Under the pieces are notes generated by a model, which did not search any database, was not told where the DNA came from, and worked only from the letters and a program-made list of their open reading frames with translations. A stretch of DNA of 64,000 nt from Deltaproteobacteria bacterium (lineage in GTDB: Bacteria > Myxococcota > B64-G9), in NCBI GenBank assembly GCA_016935365.1, contig JAFGRB010000013.1, positions 15,990 through 79,989 on the forward strand, in the 5' to 3' direction. A program made the translations under genes and the position numbers. How positions within the stretch are numbered: the first letter of the stretch is position 1; every line of letters begins with the position of its first letter. This document shows, piece after piece, positions 57,433-64,000 of the stretch.

Positions 57433-60279
57433 TCAGCCCGGCGAGAGGCGCAGGAGCCAGGTCGTGGAGGGCGGCACCTGCCCTTCGATGGCCAGCGTGC
57501 GCCCGTCGAGCGAGCTCGTGAGCGCTGCCGAGTCGAGCAGCTCTTCGACCGCCGCGGCGTGCCACTCCGAAGACCCGGCCGCATCGAGATCGACCGTCAG
57601 GCTGAAGGCCTGGGCCTGCTCGGGGTCCGCGTTCCGGAGCGTCAGGAAGAACGGCCCGGGACCGCGGCCGAATCGCTCCACACGGATGAGCTCGGAGCTC
57701 GATCGGGCGTGGGTCATGGGCTCCCAGCCCGCCTCGGAGAGCTGACGGATGGCGCCGACGTACTTCACGAAGTGGGGCCGATCGCGCTCGAAGAGCGCCG
57801 GATCGTCCCAGTAGCGGTCCTCCGAGGCGTTGTGGCTGAAGAAGCTCGGAAAGAAGCCGTAGAAGAGGCAGTAGCGCATGTAGGTCTCGACCGCCGCGTG
57901 TGAGACCTGGCTGAAGTCGGCATTCAGCAAGAAGCCGTACGGCTTCTGGTGGACCGCCGTACGCCGCAGGCTCATGAGGCGGTCGTCGTAGGGCGTGAAG
58001 ACAGCCCCGTCGAACCAGCGGATCTCGTGCCCGTTGATGTCCATCAGGTGGGCGAGGAAGGGGAACTGGGAGTGGGAGACATTCGCCATGCGCAGCTTGC
58101 CCAGCTCGAAGATCTCGTCCTCGATGAAACGCGCGCCCAGGTAGTTGGAGTGAATCTGCAGGATGCACGGCCGGTGATCGTCGCGGGTGTAGATCAGGGG
58201 GATCGTCGTGGATCGGAAGTGCGACTCGCGGAAGTTGGCCGCCGTGCCGAGGTTGGAGAAGCTGTCGATGTACTCGCCGTCGAGCTCGCCCTCGGCGCCC
58301 CCGCCGTAGGCTGCCCTGGCATCGTCGTTCCAGTGCAGCGTCGCCCAGTTGACCTCGTGCGGGGCCGGGTCGATGCCGGCGTCGGCGTCGATCCGGAAGC
58401 GGGCGCCGTGCGGGCACCAGGGGATGTCGTCGACCCCGACGACGTCGTATTGCCCCGAGGTGTCGAAGGCGGCCGAGACGAGGGCGGCCTGCGCCTTGAG
58501 CCGCTTGCGCTCGTCCGCATCGGAGAGCCAGCGCTCGAGCTCGGCCAGGATGGCTTCCCGGGAGTCGTTCGGGACCTGCTCGTCGAAGGTGAACCAGGCG
58601 TAGATCGGCTCCAGGATGTAGCGCAGCGAGGCGATGTCGTGGGCGTCGTCGAAGGCCACCTGGGACAGGGAGCCCAGCTCGTGGTAGGCGATGTGGAAGT
58701 CGTCGATGTCCGAAATGTGATCCAGCGGCGAGAACGCCACCCACAGGCCGTGCTTCTGGACCCGCCGCTCGAAGAGCTGCGGGAAGATCTCGTAGTAGCG
58801 CTGCGAGGCCGCGCGGAAGCGCCACTCGGGCGGGAAGGCGTAGACGGCGAACGAGAACGGCGCCCGGTCCGGGAAGGCGTCCGTCAGCGGGCTCAGGGCG
58901 AAGTCGGCCGCGATGACGAGCAGCTTGGCCGCGTCGTCGTAGGAGATGCGCGCGACCTGCGGCCGGTCCATCGGGTAGGCCACCGCCAGGCCCGCCTGGC
59001 CCGAGACGCCGCCCCAGGGATAGACGCTCGCCCGGCCGGTCGCGCCCAGGGCCGGGTCCGAGCCCAGGGTGGTCTCGTTCGCGTAGCGTTTGCCGCAGCA
59101 GATGGTCTCGTCGCGCCGGATGTCGTCCGACCAGATCCAGCCGGCCGCATCGACCGGCAAGGCCAGGTAGAGGGTCACGGCGCGCGTGCCACCAGCGGTG
59201 TTGGTGACCTGTCCCTCGACCGAGATGTGCCCCGGGTGTGCGCGCCAGGTCGCGGACAGACTCAGGCCGAGCTCGCCGGTGTCGCCCTGCTGCACGAGCG
59301 CTCCCGCCTGCGCTTCCAGCGTGCCGCCCACGTGGATCCAGTCCGATCCGGCGGCCTGATCGCGCAGGAAGAAGCCGGATGCATAGGCCGAGGGCGCGCA
59401 GAAGACGTCGTGTCCGTCCGCCGAGAGCGCCCGGACGGCGCCGCCGCGTTCCGACAGCCCGAGCGATAGGCTGCTGTCGCCGGTCGCGAGCGTCTGGACC
59501 CCGCCGTCCTCGGGCCAGCCGGAGCTCGCGGGCACGACCGGCTGATCCTCGAAGGGCAGCACGGCCCCGCGCACCTCGTGCAGCGCCAGGTCGTCGAACC
59601 AGACCTCGCCGGCGAGGTAACGAAAGAGCAGGTGGTAGCTCAGGCTTCGGACCGGTTTCTCGGGCAGGATGAACAGCTCCCGGTACTCCCAGTCGTGCGG
59701 CTCGACCGAGAAGCGCGCCTGCTGCCCGTAGAGCGAGCTGCCGTCGTCGTAGCGCAGGTCGAGGTAGACCGAGTAGTGCGGCGAAGGCGCTTCCGCCTCT
59801 ATCGCCCCGGCCCGGCTCCAGGCGCTGATGAAGAGCGGGCGCGGCTCGAGCTGATCGAGCTGAACGCTCTGGTAGGCGCCGTACCAGTCGGCGGTCGTCG
59901 CCGAGACCGCGCGGGCCGCATACGGCGGAGAGTGGACCTGCTGATCGTCGACCTCCCAGCCCGCCTCCGGCTCGACCCAGCCCTCGAAGCCGCTGCTGTC
60001 CGCCGCGAGCGCGGACAGCTCGGGGTTTGCGAGCAGGTTTGGCGACAGGTCCATGCTCTCTACCGTGGGGACCGAGAAGACCACCCAGGGCCCTGCCGGA
60101 GACGGCCCGCCCCCATCGGCGTCGGCCGCGTCGATGCCCGCATCGCTCGGCTGATCGACGTCGGCGGCACCGTCCGGCTGGCCGTCATCGGCACCACCGT
60201 CGGACGGCGCCGCCTCGGGCTGGCAGCCGCCGAGCAGGAGCGTGGCCAGCGCGAGCATCGAGATGGACGTCTTTTTCAT
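57433..60279 (-). CDS. large hypothetical lipoprotein (~948 aa) with an Asp/Gly/Ala-rich linker after the lipobox
   Basis: MKKTSISMLALATLLLGGC lipobox. No recognised catalytic motif. Confidence 0.7.
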   Translation of the reverse strand: MKKTSISMLALATLLLGGCQPEAAPSDGGADDGQPDGAADVDQPSDAGIDAADADGGGPSPAGPWVVFSVPTVESMDLSPNLLANPELSALAADSSGFEGWVEPEAGWEVDDQQVHSPPYAARAVSATTADWYGAYQSVQLDQLEPRPLFISAWSRAGAIEAEAPSPHYSVYLDLRYDDGSSLYGQQARFSVEPHDWEYRELFILPEKPVRSLSYHLLFRYLAGEVWFDDLALHEVRGAVLPFEDQPVVPASSGWPEDGGVQTLATGDSSLSLGLSERGGAVRALSADGHDVFCAPSAYASGFFLRDQAAGSDWIHVGGTLEAQAGALVQQGDTGELGLSLSATWRAHPGHISVEGQVTNTAGGTRAVTLYLALPVDAAGWIWSDDIRRDETICCGKRYANETTLGSDPALGATGRASVYPWGGVSGQAGLAVAYPMDRPQVARISYDDAAKLLVIAADFALSPLTDAFPDRAPFSFAVYAFPPEWRFRAASQRYYEIFPQLFERRVQKHGLWVAFSPLDHISDIDDFHIAYHELGSLSQVAFDDAHDIASLRYILEPIYAWFTFDEQVPNDSREAILAELERWLSDADERKRLKAQAALVSAAFDTSGQYDVVGVDDIPWCPHGARFRIDADAGIDPAPHEVNWATLHWNDDARAAYGGGAEGELDGEYIDSFSNLGTAANFRESHFRSTTIPLIYTRDDHRPCILQIHSNYLGARFIEDEIFELGKLRMANVSHSQFPFLAHLMDINGHEIRWFDGAVFTPYDDRLMSLRRTAVHQKPYGFLLNADFSQVSHAAVETYMRYCLFYGFFPSFFSHNASEDRYWDDPALFERDRPHFVKYVGAIRQLSEAGWEPMTHARSSSELIRVERFGRGPGPFFLTLRNADPEQAQAFSLTVDLDAAGSSEWHAAAVEELLDSAALTSSLDGRTLAIEGQVPPSTTWLLRLSPG

Positions 60280-62573
60280 GGGGATACCTCCCACAGCCAG
60301 TCCTCGCCCAGGATCCCGGCCGCGATCGCGCGGCGCGCCTCGAGCAGCTCGAGCTCCTTGAGCAGGCGGGCGAGCGCCTCGCGGCGCTCGGGGCTCAAGA
60401 GCTCAGGCGCCTCGCCGGCATCGGAGACCGCGCTTCGCCGGTCTCCATCGTCGGCGCGGATTCCCGCATCGGGAGAGCCGGGACCACCGGTGGAAGCGCC
60501 CGCATCGGCAGCGCTCGGACCGGCGTCCCGGTAGCCGCCTGCGCCCGCCTGCGGCAGGCCCGCGTTCCCGGAGCGGACTGCGCTCGCCTGCGGCGGGCCT
60601 GCGTTCCCGGAGCGGCCTGCGCTCGCCTGCGGCGGGCCCGCGTTCCCGGCGCCGCCAGCGCTCGCCTGCGGCGGGCCCGCGTCTCCGAAGCGGCCTGCGC
60701 TCGCCTGCGGCAGGCCCGCGTTCCCGGCGCCGCCAGCGCTCGCCTGCGGCGGGCCCGCGTTACCGGAGCGGCCAGCGCTCGCCTGCGGCGGGCCCGCGTC
60801 CCCGGCGCCGCCTGCGCTCGCCTGCGGCAGGCCCGCGTTCCCGGCGCCGCCAGCGCTCGCCTGCGGCAGGCCCGCGTCCCCGGAGCGGCCTGCGCTCGCC
60901 TGCGGCGGGCCCGCGTTCCCGGCGCCGCCAGCGCTCGCCTGCGGCGGGCCCGCGTTCCCGGAGCGGCCTGCGCTCGCCTGCGGCAGGCCCGCGTTCCCGG
61001 AGCGGCCTGTGTCCGCTTGCGGCTGGCCGGCGTCCCGTGAGCTGGCAGCGCCCGCCTGCGGCGTGCCGGCGTCGGGGGAGCTTCCGGCGATGCCGGTGTC
61101 CGGGCCCGGGGTGCTCGGGAGGAGCAGGGCCTGGATCTGCTCGCGTAGCTTTTCGATCTCGCGGTCGTTCGCGACCACGCGGATGATCACCGGCAGCTTC
61201 TTGTCCCTCCGCCTCGCCAGGGCGTTGTTGCGGGTCCACAGCGGCTGGACCGAGAGATCGGCGAGCTCTACCTTGACGATGCCGTGCCCGTAGTCCTTGC
61301 GGATTGCGCTGAAGCGCAAGATCACGCCGTCGCGGGTGTTGCCGATGCGCGCGGGCTGCAGGCCATGGACGTAGTACCGGGACTGGTTCGAGATGAAGTT
61401 GCCCAGCGAGTAGGCCACGAAGCCCACCCGCCCGTCGCTCGCCTGGTAGACCTCCACCGGCCGCAGCACGTGCGGGTGGTGGCCCAGGATCACGTCGACG
61501 CCGCCCTCGATCAGCCGATGGGCCTGGTCGATGTCGGCCTGGCTCGGGGCGGTGACGTACTCGGTGTTCCAGTGCAGCGAGAGGACGACCAGATCGGCGC
61601 CGGCCTTGCGGGCGGCCGCGGCCTCGGCCAGCGCCTGGCGTTCGTCGAAGGCGAAGGCGCAGGGGTCCTTCTCGCGCCTGTTGAGCTGCTGGTTGAAGAG
61701 CGTCGAGGCGGCCAGGAAGGCCAGCGAGATGCCGTTCTTCTCGATGATCTTCGCCCTGCGCGCCTCGGCGCAGGTCCTGCCGGCGCCCGCGAAGACCAGC
61801 CCAGAGCGCTCGAGCTGCACGAGCGTCTCTTCGAAGCCCCGGCGCTTCTGGTCGTAGACGTGGTTGTTGGCAAAGGACAGCACCCGCACGCCGAGCGCCC
61901 TCAGGGCGTGCAGCAGGTCGGGCGGGGCGTTGAAGAAGTACGGGACGCACTTGCGGCCGGAAGCGGGCGCGATCGGCGACTCCAGGTTGGCGAAGACCAG
62001 ATCCCGGTCCGCGAGCTCCGGGCGGAGCGCACAGAAGAGCGCGTCGAAGCCTCCGTGGTTCTGCGACTTACCGTCCGGGCCCTTGCGGTCTGCCTGGGCG
62101 GCGGACTTGAGCACCTCGCCGTGGGGCAACACGTCGCCCACGGCGGCCAGGCGTACCCGGGCCAGCTCTCGCGGGCCCGCTGTCCTCGCCTCGGCGGGCG
62201 CGGGCGGCGGCGTGGGCTGCAGGGCGGCCGGCAGCGCCGCAGCCGGCACCGAAGCCCGCTTTCGCGCCGGCGTGCCGGCCGGCCGCTTTCCGCCCTCGCC
62301 CTCCTGGCGGGCCGCGCAGGCCCATGCCAGGACGACGATCAGCAGCAGCGAGCTCACGCGCCCAGCAGATCTCGGGGACAGCCCTCCTCGTCCCTCGAAG
62401 ACCGCATCGGCTCCAGCGTCTCCATGCCCAAGGCTCCACACGCGCTCTGCTCCAACCGCACCCTCGCCGGCAGCGCCTGCCCATGAAGCAATCCGCTGCA
62501 CCGCCGGTGCAAGACGGCTCCCCGTCGATCTGTCCGGGTCTCTCGATCGCATCCGCTCTGCCCGCAGGTTCAT
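60276..62573 (-). CDS. CapA-like (poly-gamma-glutamate/capsule biosynthesis metallophosphatase-fold) protein with a C-terminal tandem-repeat region
   Basis: RLAAVGDVLPHG...FANLESP...SFANNHVYDQ...ILGHHPHVL matches the CapA/PGA_cap family. ATG 62573 overlaps the upstream stop (ATGA). A GTG at about 62357, just before the TM segment, is an alternative start. Confidence 0.7.
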   Translation of the reverse strand: MNLRAERMRSRDPDRSTGSRLAPAVQRIASWAGAAGEGAVGAERVWSLGHGDAGADAVFEGRGGLSPRSAGRVSSLLLIVVLAWACAARQEGEGGKRPAGTPARKRASVPAAALPAALQPTPPPAPAEARTAGPRELARVRLAAVGDVLPHGEVLKSAAQADRKGPDGKSQNHGGFDALFCALRPELADRDLVFANLESPIAPASGRKCVPYFFNAPPDLLHALRALGVRVLSFANNHVYDQKRRGFEETLVQLERSGLVFAGAGRTCAEARRAKIIEKNGISLAFLAASTLFNQQLNRREKDPCAFAFDERQALAEAAAARKAGADLVVLSLHWNTEYVTAPSQADIDQAHRLIEGGVDVILGHHPHVLRPVEVYQASDGRVGFVAYSLGNFISNQSRYYVHGLQPARIGNTRDGVILRFSAIRKDYGHGIVKVELADLSVQPLWTRNNALARRRDKKLPVIIRVVANDREIEKLREQIQALLLPSTPGPDTGIAGSSPDAGTPQAGAASSRDAGQPQADTGRSGNAGLPQASAGRSGNAGPPQASAGGAGNAGPPQASAGRSGDAGLPQASAGGAGNAGLPQASAGGAGDAGPPQASAGRSGNAGPPQASAGGAGNAGLPQASAGRFGDAGPPQASAGGAGNAGPPQASAGRSGNAGPPQASAVRSGNAGLPQAGAGGYRDAGPSAADAGASTGGPGSPDAGIRADDGDRRSAVSDAGEAPELLSPERREALARLLKELELLEARRAIAAGILGEDWLWEVSP
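60540..61040. repeat. about 13 tandem copies of a 39-bp unit (consensus GCGCTCGCCTGCGGCGGGCCCGCGTTCCCGGAGCGGCCT) inside the CapA-like gene
   Basis: Seen directly. On the coding strand it encodes a 13-aa repeat, SAGRSGNAGPPQA, with G/R and P/L variants. Confidence 0.85.
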
Positions 62574-63436
62574 TCCTTCTCGGCCTCCTCCTGCGGCCGG
62601 CGCGCGAGAAGCGCGATCTCGCGCTGCTGCGCGCTGGCCACGAGCCAGCAGCCAGCATAGATCCAGAGCGCGTACTGTTCAAAGAGCTCGGCGCTCTCCG
62701 GCCAGACGGCCTCCATCAGGGCGAAGACGAGGAAGGACGCCACGTGCGCGAGGCCGCCGATCCACACCGCGGTCCAGACCCGCCCGAGCGCCCCGGCGCC
62801 CATCTGGAGCGCGAAGCGCCTCAGCACCACGCACAGGCAGGCCACCGCGCTGCCCACGCAGACCTGGGTGAAACGGAAGATCTTGACCTGGTCTCCGGCC
62901 TCGGGCAGGAACCAGGCGTTCATGGTCGGGCTGAGCAGGAAGGCCAGCACGGGCAAGGCCAGGATGCCGGCCAGGTAGACGCCCTCGCGCCAGGTCGCGC
63001 CGAAGGGCAGCCCCGTGGCCCGGTAGGAGAGCATGGCCGAGACCAGGCCGGCCGCGAAGAGCAGGTCGCTCGCGGTGTAGAGGTAGCGAAGCCCGATCAC
63101 GTAGAAGACGTACAGCCCGCTGCCGCCCTCCGGCCCCCAGCCCAGGTACAGCGTGCCCAGCCGCAGCTCGGCCAGCAGCCGGACCGCCAGGCAGGCGGCC
63201 AGCAGGATCCAGGTCCGGCGGATCGGCTCGCCCGGCTCGTGCGCCCGGCAGACGACCACAACCACGACCAGGGCCATGAGCTCGACGGCCACGCTGGCCG
63301 CGAAGAGCAGGTGCAGCGCGTGCGAGACCGTCCCCGCCGACCCGTGGGCCGCGAAGGCGACGAGCAGCGCCGGCAGCAGCACCAGCGAGCAGACGAAGCC
63401 GATCCGCACCGCGCGCGTCAACGCCGACGAGTCCAT
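62570..63436 (-). CDS. hypothetical integral membrane protein (about 8 TM helices)
   Basis: Start ATG 63436 (MDSSALTRAVRIGFV) overlaps the upstream stop (ATGA). The N-terminal part of the listed ORF is artefact. Confidence 0.6.
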   Translation of the reverse strand: MDSSALTRAVRIGFVCSLVLLPALLVAFAAHGSAGTVSHALHLLFAASVAVELMALVVVVVVCRAHEPGEPIRRTWILLAACLAVRLLAELRLGTLYLGWGPEGGSGLYVFYVIGLRYLYTASDLLFAAGLVSAMLSYRATGLPFGATWREGVYLAGILALPVLAFLLSPTMNAWFLPEAGDQVKIFRFTQVCVGSAVACLCVVLRRFALQMGAGALGRVWTAVWIGGLAHVASFLVFALMEAVWPESAELFEQYALWIYAGCWLVASAQQREIALLARRPQEEAEKE

Positions 63437-63699
63437 CAGTCTACGCGCCCCTCCTCCAGCCTGGCCGCGATCGCGTCCAGCACGCGCTCGGTGGGCCCCT
63501 GGCCGATCAGGGTCCGCATCATGGGCCTGAGCCGCTCGCGCAGCGCCTCGTAGTCCCCCGGCTTCAGCCTGGCCAGCAGCAGGCCGCACTGCTCGCAGGC
63601 CAGCTCGATCGCCTTGCGGCCGGTCAGCTTGCCGAGAAGCGGGGACAGCACCCCGTAGAGCAGCTCGTAGACCGCGTTCGGCTGTTCGCGCTCGGGCAA
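63436..63699 (-). CDS. small hypothetical protein (87 aa)
   Basis: MPEREQPNAVYELLYGVLSPLLGKL...CEQCGLLLARL. Its stop overlaps the membrane protein start. Confidence 0.45.
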   Translation of the reverse strand: MPEREQPNAVYELLYGVLSPLLGKLTGRKAIELACEQCGLLLARLKPGDYEALRERLRPMMRTLIGQGPTERVLDAIAARLEEGRVD

Positions 63700-63723
63700 G
63701 GCACTTCCCCCCTCGAGATCCGC

Positions 63724-64000
63724 TCAGCCCCTGGCGGCCCGCCAGCTCTCGCCCGCGCGCTGCAGCTCGGCCGCGAAGCCCGCTCCGAAGAGCCAGTCCA
63801 AGGTCGGCCCCATGGACTCGAGCGCCGGCGGCAGCTCTGGATCGCTCAGGCAGGGAAAGTGCCTCGGGTGCTTGCCGCCCCAGGCCTTGTGATTCTCCGC
63901 GTTGACGACGGTCAGCAGGACCTTCTCCTCGGGCATGTCCACCAGCACCAGCGGGAAGAGGCGGCAGGTGATGGGCTGCACGTCGGTCTGATCGATGTCC
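63724..64000 (-). CDS. hypothetical protein, partial (frame open to the window end)
   Basis: Minus-strand frame is open from 64000. No domain recognised. Confidence 0.3.
   Translation of the reverse strand, partial: DIDQTDVQPITCRLFPLVLVDMPEEKVLLTVVNAENHKAWGGKHPRHFPCLSDPELPPALESMGPTLDWLFGAGFAAELQRAGESWRAARG

Noticed and set aside
60540-61040. CRISPR array
   Set aside because: The 39-bp units are contiguous, with no spacers. They are in-frame inside a coding sequence and encode a peptide repeat, so this is not a CRISPR array.

Overview
This is a 64-kb, ~70% GC chromosomal segment with dense, often ATGA/GTGA-overlapping gene junctions, read as delta-proteobacterial (myxobacteria-like); that taxonomic call is inference. 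Core metabolism is well represented. There is a leucine/isovalerate catabolic cluster: two methylcrotonyl-CoA carboxylase subunits, two acyl-CoA dehydrogenases, an enoyl-CoA hydratase and a BKACE-family enzyme. The carboxylase alpha gene is interrupted by an apparent frameshift. There is a split methylmalonyl-CoA mutase operon (catalytic subunit, B12-binding subunit, MeaB, CobO-type adenosyltransferase, an acyl-CoA dehydrogenase) that also encodes an unexplained Arg/Glu/Gly-rich protein. Other housekeeping genes are hisS, miaB and ppx. Regulatory content includes a divergent arsR-arsM pair with a palindromic operator, an NtrC-type sigma-54 two-component system facing a sigma-54-promoted HlyD plus double-ATPase, double-permease ABC exporter, an ECF sigma/anti-sigma pair, and a Hanks-type Ser/Thr kinase. 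Most of the rest encodes envelope proteins: three beta-propeller lipoproteins with a PilZ protein, two cysteine-rich repeat lipoproteins, two PEGA proteins, a GT-C-like membrane protein, and a CapA-like protein with a 39-bp in-frame tandem repeat. Candidate defence or addiction modules are a vapBC pair with an operator palindrome, an AbiEii-like nucleotidyltransferase with an unusually small upstream partner and 8-bp direct repeats, and a low-GC islet with a PIN-domain gene. No rRNA, tRNA, CRISPR array, transposase or integrase was recognised. Many long ORFs in the six-frame track are antisense artefacts of the high GC content.
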